Source: Candidatus Omnitrophota bacterium (GTDB taxonomy: Bacteria; Omnitrophota; Gorgyraeia; Tantalellales; Tantalellaceae). Taken from it: a stretch of 60,060 nt of DNA. The notes below the pieces were generated by a model. The model was not told where the DNA came from, made no database searches, and worked only from the letters and a program-made list of their open reading frames with translations. The DNA is taken from the NCBI GenBank assembly GCA_014728075.1, contig WJMG01000019.1:1-60060 (forward strand). The letters are read 5' to 3'. The position numbers and the translations under genes are program-made. Below are positions 57,401 through 60,045 of this stretch, piece after piece (position 1 is the first letter of the stretch; each line of letters begins with the position of its first letter).

Positions 57401-60045
57401 TCGGGCCTGGGCGCTTCCTCCTTGCCCTTATCTTCCATCCTGCCTCCGAATTCAGCCCACTCCCACTGGTGCCGCAGCCAGTTAGCCGTTCCCGCAAAGA
57501 GCCTGTCGGTAGTATCCCTGTCGAATTTTCTGACCCCGTTACGGGCTATCGCGTCAAGGGCGGGCTGCACTTCACCGGGGAGAGTGAGCGATTCCTGCCC
57601 CGCGTATTTATTGAAATGCCTTATACCTCCCGCTATGATGTCTTCCCTTCCCATCTCCCTGGCGGCTTTCTCGTCGGAAGCCGTATAGGTCGTGTAAAAG
57701 GGCAGATATCTCCAGACGCCGTGGGAATTGCTCCTGTAATAGGTCCTCGCGATGTACTCGTCGCCTTTTTTGACGAACCCTATTACTGCTATCCTTCCCT
57801 TTCCAATGTCGAAAGCGTTGGAAGATAAGAGCACCGTCTCGCCGTCTATATCTACCGCGTAGGAAGGAAGCATTCCGTTCTCCTCGAGCAGTTCCTTGGT
57901 AAGGGAGAGGTCCCTTTCAGGACACTCGCGTGTGACATGGATAGCCATTTTCTCAAGGAACCTGTCCCGGTTGAGTTTCACTCTCCTGGCTTCCGACACG
58001 GCGCCCGAGGCTTCCAGGGCCTTCCCGGCGTACGCCCTGAAACGCTCCTCGTAACCGAGCGCTGACCCGCTCTCGAAAAGGCGGCCTTTGAGAATACCTC
58101 CCCTCATCAGTATCTCCCTCTGCGCCTCCCTGTCTTCGGAGAGTATGTCCCCCAGGACCCCTTTTTCGGCCAGGTCCCATATCTGTGAAGTGTGATAGGC
58201 CGTGAGCCCGTCTTTTCCGAAACGCGCGGCCTGCTCGGCGCTGGCCAGGACATGTGCCACCCGGGCCGGGTCCAGGCCCAGGTCCTCCGCTATCGCCTTC
58301 ACCGCGCCCGCCTGTTCACCGCTCATCCAGTAAGCCTCACGAGCTTCGTGGAAAAGGGCCTCCTCCCTGTACCGGCTGAAAGCGGGATCGGTGTTCAGGA
58401 CTATGACAACGGGGTTTCCTTCCAGGCCCTCTGCCCTGAACTGGTAGGCACCCGCAGTATCTCCCAGGTCGGCCTCGACGACTATCGCGCTCGTTCCGGT
58501 ACCCTCAATGGCCGTGGCGCTCCGCCCCCGGGCCATCTTTTCGAATTCGGGCCTTCTATCTTCCACTTCCCGGGCGGAAGCCGCAGCGTCCTCGTCGCCG
58601 GCGACGCTTATCCTCTTCATTCTTCCGCCTACCCGGGCCAGGACCTTCGTTTCCATTTCTTCATCCGGTTGTTCCTCGGCTATCTCCTCTTCGCTTGCCA
58701 TCGCGACGAAAAGGTCCGAGGAGACATCCCCGGAGACTCTCTCCGCGGATTCTCTTGCCCTGGCGATAAATTGCCTCGCGTCGGAAGCTTTTTCTATCCC
58801 TTTTTCCATATCCAGCAGTTTCAGGATGACCGCGTCGTAACCGATATCTTCTCCTCTCATTCTCCTTTCGTTTATCTCTTTCTCCATGGCCTCAACTTCC
58901 TTGCGCATATTACCGGCCCTGAGCCATTCAATGTATCGCTGCGGCGTAAAGTTCTCTCCGTCAAAGGAATAAGGATTGGCCTTCTTCAACAGGTCGTGAA
59001 AAACCACTCCCAGGGCGTGCAGGTCAGTCTTGGCGTTATAGAAGTTGGTGGCTATGGTCTCGAAAGGAAGATAAAGAGGTGTTCCGAAAACATCTTCCCC
59101 CTCGCGCTGATAGCCATTCTTGCCCTCGGCCATCAGGGCGGATATTCCGAAATCCATGACCTTCAGGGAATACCGCTCTTCGCGCCCGTCTTTTGCCGTA
59201 AAGGAGAACTTGCCGTCTTCGTCCCTGACAAAAAGTATATTGCCGGGTTTTATGTCCCCGTGGACCACTCCGGCGGAGTGTATCTGATCCAGTATAGCGG
59301 CAAGCTCTTCCGTTATTGATACCGCCTTTTCCGGCGTTACCTGCCTCAGGAAATCATCAGAACTTAATGTGTCCTCCCCTTTCTCCATTGCTATGAAATA
59401 ACGGGTGTTCCCATCGCTGTCGGTATAGGTGCCTATGTCGTAGATCTCTATGACGCCGGCCGCGCCTTTTGCCCTCAGGTATTTCATCATAAGGGCTTCC
59501 CTGATAAAACCGACAAGGGCGGCATCGCTGACGCCGGGCCCTGCCGTTATTTCCTTTACGGCGGCCTCTATCTCCCTCCCGTCTGCCCTTCGGACGACGC
59601 CCGGCCGTACGACCGCGCCTTCACCTCCCACGCCCAGTATGCCGGCGCCGATGGTGAGTTCCTTTCCGTCACGCAATACAAGCCTGGCCGAAGCGTCTTC
59701 CCCGGGGGCACCTTCGTGCCTGGCGTATACTTCCCTGCAGGCCGGGGCAAAGCGTTCTCTGTAATCGATCAGGCGTTCCGACATTTTCTCGCGGTCATCG
59801 TCCGAAAGGTCTTCCGCTTTGGTCTCTTCAATGTCGTAGGCTTCGAGTTCCTCCCGGATGTCGCCTATCATCTTCGAGATCATCGCTTCCTCGTATTCCA
59901 TCGCAGTGGAATGCGCTTCTTCCATCATGGCTCTGAAACTCTCCCGGTCGGAGCGGGCGAATTCATCGAGCATGGCCACCTCGCCGCCTTCAGCCGCCCC
60001 GAGTACATTTCTGGCATATTCCATGACATGATCGCGTTCGGCCAT
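33475..60045 (-). CDS. giant multidomain protein (>=8,856 aa): Ser/Thr kinase + 2 FHA + coiled coil + SecA-like ATPase + TM/glycine zippers + TPR solenoid + CPBP protease signature
   Basis: Uninterrupted 26,571-nt frame with TAA stop at 33475..33477. The first ATG is at 60043..60045, but the 15 nt up to the window edge (codons I-I-A-H-E) contain no stop and no Shine-Dalgarno, so the 5' end may be cut by the window. Kinase, FHA, SecA-like, TPR and CPBP motifs are all in frame. Confidence 0.88.
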   Translation of the reverse strand: MAERDHVMEYARNVLGAAEGGEVAMLDEFARSDRESFRAMMEEAHSTAMEYEEAMISKMIGDIREELEAYDIEETKAEDLSDDDREKMSERLIDYRERFAPACREVYARHEGAPGEDASARLVLRDGKELTIGAGILGVGGEGAVVRPGVVRRADGREIEAAVKEITAGPGVSDAALVGFIREALMMKYLRAKGAAGVIEIYDIGTYTDSDGNTRYFIAMEKGEDTLSSDDFLRQVTPEKAVSITEELAAILDQIHSAGVVHGDIKPGNILFVRDEDGKFSFTAKDGREERYSLKVMDFGISALMAEGKNGYQREGEDVFGTPLYLPFETIATNFYNAKTDLHALGVVFHDLLKKANPYSFDGENFTPQRYIEWLRAGNMRKEVEAMEKEINERRMRGEDIGYDAVILKLLDMEKGIEKASDARQFIARARESAERVSGDVSSDLFVAMASEEEIAEEQPDEEMETKVLARVGGRMKRISVAGDEDAAASAREVEDRRPEFEKMARGRSATAIEGTGTSAIVVEADLGDTAGAYQFRAEGLEGNPVVIVLNTDPAFSRYREEALFHEAREAYWMSGEQAGAVKAIAEDLGLDPARVAHVLASAEQAARFGKDGLTAYHTSQIWDLAEKGVLGDILSEDREAQREILMRGGILKGRLFESGSALGYEERFRAYAGKALEASGAVSEARRVKLNRDRFLEKMAIHVTRECPERDLSLTKELLEENGMLPSYAVDIDGETVLLSSNAFDIGKGRIAVIGFVKKGDEYIARTYYRSNSHGVWRYLPFYTTYTASDEKAAREMGREDIIAGGIRHFNKYAGQESLTLPGEVQPALDAIARNGVRKFDRDTTDRLFAGTANWLRHQWEWAEFGGRMEDKGKEEAPRPEVSLLYDVGEGGVSTKKDTLADRFHDPSWMSGRVRKVDPSRLAFEEGEGIEPDYSSPVRRFRMGTSLYGTIDVEVYPSRDGRYRYMICSMDIEDENGRTVKAAWFAGVEKVSGLTGHGLREEWVDAGDLATPLMDYREEFRFNYTDADGHPRYGGVDVGHADYVRTWEHYLSKSPAIQDYLRKRFGVKTRALEAREEEEAPEEVEEEPAEPRAGVLREIPGIRDINTPEMFPAGTEGAITVNPSARVRISVGEESIEIITRSDGSVEAFTRGPDGELVSLGILDLSFPGASGTIGRADQGRAHLNWGGANVSRKHLTLVRNGDGTLTITNTGMNRTVRERAVNSLPAVEGLEMTRGTNYSARAGKLIAFKVGDNVLTLMFGPEGSVTVFSKGHGGRSLRKRFFLDKDGEVTMGRSPEIAPEAMNISRRHLSVRRNADGGYEIKLLPTVISDTEIGTVSDLSVIDRRLDPASRVSERDIFLAELLREYEVDRTGREIMASGSFKKWCASKNITRRSDRETAALFLAVIIGRGTQAGDINIGEEMLRRRYLLEGIADLVMRKDLSDAEKRLKAEELAEAVIEADRGSAKAIGRYRGTSDAARRAEDELKKKIDSGTLDGERGTKTVNGEEVIVISVDFAKQLGPGYAEAAAACHIRGEDGKLYIVHNTVYEAKLLSGVDGAQEEFGAQKVMVDNEEIDLSDREAVKRKLREELEYHEGREIFWKKRGKSQREAHILASADTTQKFGIAAFRGLTLFQAAELFSMSGEALEDLIAEDAGNREEQLSILEKEGLRRTAELREEALRSVAAGILASRAVGPGVAEGLSRDYARVSDGKDEDAKAPLEESPSGEMEEEEARKMMAGSWKGHFDITREEAMRGLRSRKDELRKALEGYAALSKQEGVTDEDLKSAYEKLKSAYDRLMKTEQYIRDAMERARREFYDFWAVEKRVEKGLVEEVARDLAKLSTEQREEVDAALREYGDMDIDGMSPEALAAARDKEMSAQQEAAEEAGEAQDIIDESGQAADEQDLSEVDPGKAATVLEESLGDMEEAMEILAGLLVDERYAAYSEEFQKDLLRRIIRTIQSARDDLGGMEKVLAAMEEKLSAMEEGEARERLKDRVEALRNRISPVKAMTGSTEKQLRALKREKRPALFRVPVEEKDKVEEALYDFSGRPEDASALMDRLKLAESENLVKILIHYSQQEDAELRRRARTALLALAGFDPALDRKELNAKEKKALFDAYYSKDTERQDIASAIMESMLMEDESSRAKASGEWMASAVERFNESLRRVKGVASEAARINGLLSRIERLAEKAEGGDKKALSELWRALVELLDATTGMKFSEVKKRFDEAREQGEDLSAAVRDLLRDKKAGIREDLQRAEKLLGAEEGGLGAEFERDDMPLTLIDFAANRSELERDAADIFGQNKLEGSLVSMINRTSSLLEKDGEKPSPAADGITPEEQVPSEGESTMAMLEQILRTGMEIGPKEQERKMKELGGKLSPQLDSVIALLRERGGAEVGEILDEAERKLAAAREKGTAREEMLEIQSEVMGEIVKAVGELLKGEELDSPAMKEVINEVMKVYSLCSEYVHFFEPHTMKKWAGWLKDLSLVWGRKIEVMAEARIDGALADLEKEGESLVADLEAMGSDVAGQIKEQEEKLAEFRSELEKTQNRIEAGVYEDGKAIETSKMNTLLERERSLTDSIARITDQIKTLREQQAGIGESVRRVKMKMKAEGISFAGEEQIELSGAQKAETESEEWQEGMRKGLRLLFFKDITEKEYAKLKDNFSARTESMREKDELGNHTEESMEAIYGELDMYEKFCATAYTDFAVMKKKGYAGGLYEVQILAGLLTSDGFIVNLKTGEGKTEFTLVATAISVVTGFKMFNETSNENLARKDWLERKDVLDFMGIRSRLFAKSELEMESDPQKRKEEMRRIFDENFDGDTGCDVVVFDTPGFNFELATQLPEEQGTKIIERGRKFMFVITDEIDASMREAATQYRIALPAEEISPNSNKYKLIRGAVELADTWVNGIVAGRRVRRVLEEGEEEVAGEDVEEEYFYTVDLSTGRVSFTERGEEEMRKKARELASEHGFTFDEALGWIRKSVDMIETHGQDIDYGIVGGEIKLYDASGLLGSRRLSNGRHTILEMYQREFRGNERVKVHGDSYSTAEIGGGPARTEYFVKLAGSSGTALASSGELRDILGNDKGVVDIPTHIDRVYRDFDRLIADGEGDRAAMLREWVRNGMRIEEYGGETKIILSPSLLYVRNTEQAQEMMKIINGEIERMREHEGLDIPDIEVQILHGALKGEELNRARKRSGDNNTITIFTDAGARGTNYQAFFANIGIFKDNPKKLSSMFGPLTEILDVIGERRDMADISSLTAEIIDALERMSEYSGDGELSGDFLAAAEEAQSLLAELSSRMEKALADESGISSYLSEEGAGILSGALDAVKALRDELPEVMRGVNAAAETGMAGEAEKAMEKSREGISRASSSLREALSAIEMARYGSVHRDESALFRQILLDMDAEENRSDPAEFKDLLEAVSRLKKAREHGDAALEAEAVSGLRGALSALSGIIDEALTKKEVNGRELDDEAVENLRELKNRIDGISRLEGSELYEAAEGLYAERGEIEWMVFGKGREASVYRLKSFFAGFEARLREKLEEAASRGDTEEQEYYKRWLGKFYEFRTQVETRYVTGFRLLAQLSDKSIGDLLQALGRVARQSDPAEITLFLDIDEDGDDFTRIASKGFENNQAKMSRLMLDTEEYRELNEKMRSGKELSPAERARRDELARALYEQYFDALWELDKRGQQHRIENHMRDLAVHDNFADVIAPYRTDLMNQNIEGLTYRDAALSWLDEMEKRFSEADEKELKKLRAMMVMTLGENEEMMVSELAVRTKEGEVVTAENLNKENAPLFMAVLKAVIQGREYGHEDLEGVRDRVSAGEYASVKSSFGGRLLGERFTGAFRQAATELLQYEYFEAVGNMRHLRPAQFVKQVERWCSTRIDQMGELMPVKMADFLSKAIDGEFQEARPKAEIEKQEEKSEKSIAGSVKSALRKADGARKTRAGRAISGAAAGAAAGMVLGPLGAAAGAAIGALGGWLHGGLARRYHWRRMVKREKEQLREELGRELTSEEEEVAERRASSVRRQTVAKEGIEGATEGAFVGLAAGSILGGIAGFTAGLFLGGVGAWPMALAGAKAGAVYGPAAGAAAGGLIKALMARRRVDLPYARQVAAEKDLEEVRGRVLREETAEVFEAPLARKGQHVREVVNDEKGQLLNRMFGRGRDDMPSSNIRRILAGEKQPEAEKETREELDERIEEPRVVVLEDGREVVVIEVNPRQGTDGKARDAGKLNAAEKQAAYKAYTDHLRSGYGPAGGGEPLPPKDLVIVPAGAFMLPSEEDQDGSAPAEAIEKKVLGDMVSKGDRERATPGQKLVFYTEGPAAPAEGEEGYPAADPVIIGQDQAQLLAGSFERTGRPANLALAPDERADVRVYDGRVMLLVRCEGGEVIARDLGRNLSSEDKDALRAVLALSQLKSKGRGELKGYDPEEIEKKRKELEEKYGEMAGLMADSLGDSDIELALSDPVLRDILENTGAGEGDIQITPEGIFFVPPGKGTAGARELVSFSGGRAEIAGGARSEAAFEAAVLPLPGYAARLLAWLERKTSAAYKEMAFKYRKMGRAGRLLAKITSFDILTDILSMERARSRADYRKYYLKTTRLMRWANKKLNGHALARKITEGLLTGVSYLFSGAFVAVVVNAVFVGMPRAVSVNAVKWIDTKATALMDRFRGEEKPEKERVLEDYALPAGAGGEPDEAEIRALCAEWLGKAEPEEEDERIIELMMDAARRPESSQAYAALARALRERGKEYGESGEREKAASANRAAAGAAFVALYFNDDDASIYDTYTDILRSLGEHGMALEYIEKGLKVKGAGRPVKDSLYLRKAGILADEEKFSEAAGALVKVRTPSRESIELGEEIDAGQKKQEEEEQQKESLEEEKEPEKAFSIRSLMGAGGSMLVFAMTSSIAGAVTVLFGVSFGWAMVPAFIAATLLNKLMGLSPEFKEKLSAAFDLKALFVKDKRWMIVGAAAAVPVFVLNPVAGAAWSFSAITALVSTIGTSLVAVAGITGAVKTVTEGVLRETVYEYPEARAKRLRAKLRYASEDPYDIRAFNYVMRHYIEDGNIEEAYSYASRKKDFFVSQGSPEDLMALAESLLDTRTGEEEADKKIRYMVDIEVLGAIREKDPSSPAIDLLLAKEALDGGDARKASMILEPFAVESLDPSDPVQRRILLLKIRVLKARIAEETGAEASSRSEKTLEYLSGRVYAAREAADKATGDVNVPVDGAEELLRASLEALEELDSLESSRAESAREELEALEEKGEIGYPRIEEGEEKRPSVRERYRAAVERDPADTEAIYSLASDLMVNGEYREAVELMEKTLSIVDDAEAVNGLNRMIAAAEMFAGNIPGNGTLNGLGDGAASEVLVVLNRIKKGKKADIRALRMKIREMAESAGEAGLSETDGLILILAVKTLTGDIHSLESRHAPEMSKDALLLLGMLDRAGDIPFYSEKMKEQFRKEMEPGNRHPLAEKAEGVYPASAEVREDAERMENIISEIGDAQERIGVLNRNIRSSSSPAERLVLKDERRKLADELRSLKKEMDIRAHSMAEKVLMIRDPLILERAADGFWPLLMKNISMAGDDPERKRERYLNAMGLLLSILEARGTDARIREKFTPLLDTLIQGYCRSEKDDMSRIMARIETLSSGESQWERMAAMKMYSEYIEIAVEMSERGEPAPGMSLENISRKILGITGAVEGPARDIVVSDTMGILGKGLTSGADPEKKYLSDILLRSLYRDGGNDDLFLKAAGERLKEKRGAPGKDEWAAKYLSLRLEEIEKSEGEDRERLAAELAGWMGSISGGEMLTAVKEQLRSFEGRETVLLVMGKAEGFKALAHNDRIEIYLACAVAEDASEDTVTGALEALSGVLREKDCFVTQATVRGIIGESRRAAEDPSISERQVIAFYNALLALSPLAENYGIDIDEERLPALAARVKAFRRGKEKSSSEKKKDIFTEKVRARRSRAALLERDGRPEEAETELEAALELVRTEMARIRSMAEEGEVSEYPGSPEEVFSLAGETTSELERVKKKLGKDDPEWFASKAEGGFMMADARMAIGGKEQVEKAESLIRKAFAAAEEARRLDPSNPALRRIFALGRFTRSRLEVMSHAGTDRDIMRDLAARAEASGESKELSEEIARLESEIKELEGKAGVLKKDPLIAEERRRLTGEIEKATASGDSEAENKYRKDLNGLDRATGIEDLVRDIQEKRQKIEGLRTRSEDLLDAGRESRIDSAALAAGSGGEPEEASERMYRAAFDLIAESPEDDEAASGARNALKGTSREAPRRKLLSAFSGKMESMREREKVRPDKEFAARSAGMRKALLEILRAWGAEEEFERHITGSGRGESLEVLGVPVEGLSRVEAMETLLKDKSGPELFEFCLRAVREAGDPVIRSMAAERLIEEMFNVCGVEERADDFRGMDRDALRQEVYAALRRKYSTGEEEYEVAGEDLREATGLMYRALGEMDERDEIWKETGRLERRLILAGSEEERAEILEEAASRGEAEAFARKGSASFEKDETVEAVENLDRALEIDPSSPEAALYRARMYRRQDKPYEAVRLYKKVLEASPRNEEALGELKELYLSLNDNTAAADLCFKLADIYSSKAEEDPEKRGLLYAAAVSYARQGYSLKPRDGGYILKYARILRKSGRVESARALLERAIDASDGFFLLTARFGGFFSGREKERQEKFGPVFTSNGASDAVAELAAIYLSYGTDGGNAMASELFRANRRVLVSGARTDALRAASEARAGNFSRARRLLDSASRSEGRSPEDLESMVETFEMMGGYTDITKAIELCESASSSDEDRKAYWNGKAALLYIKRSGMRKGRRESGLKRYERRAEDLAKALELALSLEDEDKSEVFASARDGVEAAAEDLAGEAERALSPVSNIARRESRLKKYREVNGLRLVLLTAFVSEPGPFTERELDRHIRSLEEAIADENMETDDKDKALKALSKLYSEKAQRTEDHDTRGALGLYEKALEYGPSYEAYTGAARMHTALWNYERAAEYYEKALGTEGISDEEKEGTLRAAFSLYESTGRYEDARNAASKLAMIREEYLEDRARVEEARKRASRAREKAVFFRDIESYGEDFEKVPVEVGARQWLAENLRDQREIAEALAFLREDERMASALGEMSSNSLRELSESISALTPAEQKYSVSAVIKALKDKDRQVYARRLKLLSDALGDGVRGKDSVLMELGKALYNTGETGKAIEAMNSLLSLEGVNYAVRMEAKLLIATCLLDRHRTAKALEYFISASRDYLDTAVKAHADRSMKNKMAQSIDGLVKAVADSGYRLSESEAVQIAAVMAETASFGKAGAFMDTVRRNASRAAVERVAAVFLEAFTSEDTSPPARGLLVKALVETLKKDASMLDRVSSDEVIRAMEEYYEKTGSGEALSVLAVMYRARGRRLSLLFARAKMLRKRVDPLEKDARFYYERGLRRAGRNTPGALKDLEKAARMDPGLAEGKEYKEAFFRAKTASIERKNYKGGREEVLLARIKDIKALEKEAYGRENASALRRMLLDDYRALLELYAEEGRAVRRKYTDRAALNNAKLNVLTEIAGLLMLEGDLKDAEKALREALPFGIGEAELESAFDELAVYRKARGIAREKGTEVEESNREELLSLASVELAMEAENIRARKDRLDRVIAKYPGYALAYIRKSEIYVSEGNISKAEETLRAGLKALPENRELAAALEKIEPAKRAVDDMNDRAAAVEGQKFLKEKDPDRRERKLLEAWRALSGRAEELGEAYRALREYYAQNTGKGAEFSREDTAGAVMKALAEAPGFDALAERAFAEGLLNRETARFAVLKFLEHGRTGPAGTVIALMDSRGFDTSYLAVKREISVARRAFTRFGEKDFNLENIEEVISNRISEIKDASERFEAFMDLAGYYAWKAAYLEGKARALAERNAIEMYDKAAELEPFSLRVLRELASIHMVELEEDYRRDRMEDCLYRILHQQDLSGKGEAYKRDLVGFLEKDHDLIKTPGIITETEIEGMGSLTPEAAGVILELAFEAGRPEIISAVLEKARDYGAPGKAYIAAVFARNIKASFMSDIRLYNEQVFPYFDQTDEKYLFRESALDGLSQVNKRNAAADAALSRAYLNVAGRHFKRAESDMAIAASGGTYMEEDLRVLALRKRIARGDVLGSRLKRAILTRGLPEEGRRMVFGDLNIEYRRKADAEESLDRKISLMEAAVKASPEHTASHEILLDLYLESGDTGQSLSELMVYIELAADKGDNEKAYAKARYTLDKLRGRLRGFREDLEELRLLGGKLGPEERQKIRRQIDEIIAAEEGEDVTVPVEGKGTGVTRLLRRLLMNIPFWRVALLYAPIIEEALFRGAIPAAAAGMLAASGFHGQGLLAGYVAAQMLSGLVFVLMHGSGRRGGSVFFEEIFTPSLITVVNGIILPLMIESPWSSPWFYAVAAIFHFAANLGALRAFGAGGRPEPASREEGEEAADIFIGVKGVDAETLGQFEGVTLKRVESYAEMEASVRTGTMLFVDMGEDEVRSNINDIVKQARVQAFIRAYPGIARLTGEEVADMDRQEVIRVSAVLMESLPEETAPENSIDAVFGAYRNILEAEESVERGPARKAAMESARLGKAGREELFSRLFEFVSADEALTERMREADMSAAEQYLEDSVAGEISRLSGARSIEAPQSIVVDVRKGAGISAMDMAEGLRNLAAKKTLRVAVIPDDSEVEKMRSYFSGTDIVVIPPPERGKDIALHAHEFMRGLPGLGQIKLSSIALATGQARAGGVMDHIRRHRVESAGFVITGEPSDDPGENRKVNGMLPSLLAGSLLKRAVSESGKPVVTAVNWKVPESFERALSGLVDSIVKITRIDMEEIRRYIESVIQVSVSL
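33478..34690 (-). other. domain (upstream giant): C-terminal alpha/beta domain shared with the downstream giant
   Basis: Alignable by eye with 1527..2625. DIFIGVKG/AVVIGVPD. LRVAVIPDDSEVEKMRSYFSG/VRVRDANITEANKEEIMEATG. DIVVIPPPERGKDIALHAHEF/NVVITGPDDMTLERTIELARSTF. IALATGQ/LAIGDTG. Tail KITRIDMEEIRRYIESVIQV/KIQKVDLEAEIRAYERYVTEV. Confidence 0.55.
34745..35110 (-). other. domain (upstream giant): CPBP (CAAX/Abi, PF02517-type) intramembrane protease signature
   Basis: All three family motifs lie in hydrophobic context: EEALFR (35038..35055), FVLMH (34918..34932), HFAAN (34759..34773). Confidence 0.75.
35300..45000 (-). other. region (upstream giant): ~3,200-aa TPR-like alpha-solenoid
   Basis: Repeated 34-aa-type helical hairpins, e.g. 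ALYRARMYRRQDKPYEAVRLYKKVLEASPRNEEALGELKELYL (around 40300..40450), ALGLYEKALEYGPSYEAYTGAARMHTALWNYERAAEYYEKALG, YALAYIRKSEIYVSEGNISKAEETLRAGLKALPEN and DARFYYERGLRRAGRNTPGALKDLEKAARMDP. A shorter TPR-like stretch also lies at ~45560..46000. Confidence 0.7.
45020..45385 (-). other. TM cluster (upstream giant), about 4 helices
   Basis: MLVFAMTSSIAGAVTVLFGVSFGWAMVPAFIAATLL ... WMIVGAAAAVPVFVLNPVAGAAWSFSAITALVSTIGTSLVAVAGITGAV. Confidence 0.6.
46080..46200 (-). other. TM segment (upstream giant)
   Basis: LLTGVSYLFSGAFVAVVVNAVFVGMP hydrophobic stretch. Confidence 0.55.
47740..48210 (-). other. region (upstream giant): two glycine-zipper hydrophobic segments
   Basis: AISGAAAGAAAGMVLGPLGAAAGAAIGALGGWLHGG (around 48121..48180) and GAFVGLAAGSILGGIAGFTAGLFLGGVGAWPMALAGAKAGAVYGPAAGAAAGGL (around 47821..47880). 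They are separated by a charged linker. Confidence 0.6.
48880..51900 (-). other. domain (upstream giant): SecA-like ATPase motor (NBD1 - PPXD-like - NBD2 with ~370-aa insertion - helical scaffold)
   Basis: GLYEVQILAGLL, then NLKTGEGKT (51808..51834, the SecA Walker A). VITDEIDASMREAATQYRI (DEID = 51442..51453). DIDYGIVGGEIKLYDASG...SNGRHTILE. LAGSSGTA. IFTDAGARGTNY (50401..50436). LQALGRVARQSDPAEITLFLDIDED (49201..49280). HRIENHMRDLAVHDNFADVIAPYRTD (48901..48978). Confidence 0.75.
52000..55000 (-). other. region (upstream giant): long E/K/R/A/L-rich alpha-helical, coiled-coil-like segment
   Basis: About 1,000 aa of charged, heptad-like sequence (e.g. KEQEEKLAEFRSELEKTQNRIE, LSAMEEGEARERLKDRVEALRNRI) with no TM or catalytic motif noticed. 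Confidence 0.4.
55123..55461 (-). other. domain (upstream giant): HE-x-RE module, copy 2
   Basis: GKLYIVHNTVYEA...ELEYHEGREIFW (HEGRE = 55249..55263) ... EAHILASADTTQKFG. Confidence 0.45.
56038..56208 (-). other. domain (upstream giant): FHA domain 2 (more divergent)
   Basis: GEVTMGRSPEIAPEAMNISRRHLSVRRNADGGYEIKLL. The GR...(I/V)SR.HL core lies at 56101..56160. Confidence 0.55.
56386..56590 (-). other. domain (upstream giant): FHA domain 1
   Basis: GTIGRADQGRAHLNWGGANVSRKHLTLVRNGDGTLTITNTGMNRTV fits the FHA pattern (iGR...d..l....vSr.Ha.l......i.d..S.NGt.vn). Located at 56401..56538. Confidence 0.7.
58174..58452 (-). other. domain (upstream giant): HE-x-RE module, copy 1
   Basis: NPVVIVLNTDP...EALFHEAREAYW (HEARE = 58336..58350) ... 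VAHVLASAEQAARFG. Paralogous to copy 2. Confidence 0.45.
58780..59650 (-). other. domain (upstream giant): Hanks-type Ser/Thr protein kinase
   Basis: G-loop GVGGEGAVV (within 59581..59640). AAVKE (VAIK Lys). Catalytic loop VVHGDIKPGNILF (59221..59280), HGD rather than HRD. MDFGIS (within 59101..59160). GTPLYLPFE (APE-like). DLHALGVVF. Confidence 0.85.

Noticed and set aside
1524-60045. NRPS/PKS megasynthase or classical repeat adhesin (Ig/cadherin/hemagglutinin-type) as the explanation for the giant ORFs.
   Set aside because: On reading both translations I did not notice condensation (HHxxxDG), adenylation, ketosynthase or carrier-protein motifs, nor long runs of near-identical repeats. The recognisable motifs belong to unrelated enzyme and signalling families. 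An HMM scan is still needed to exclude minor modules.
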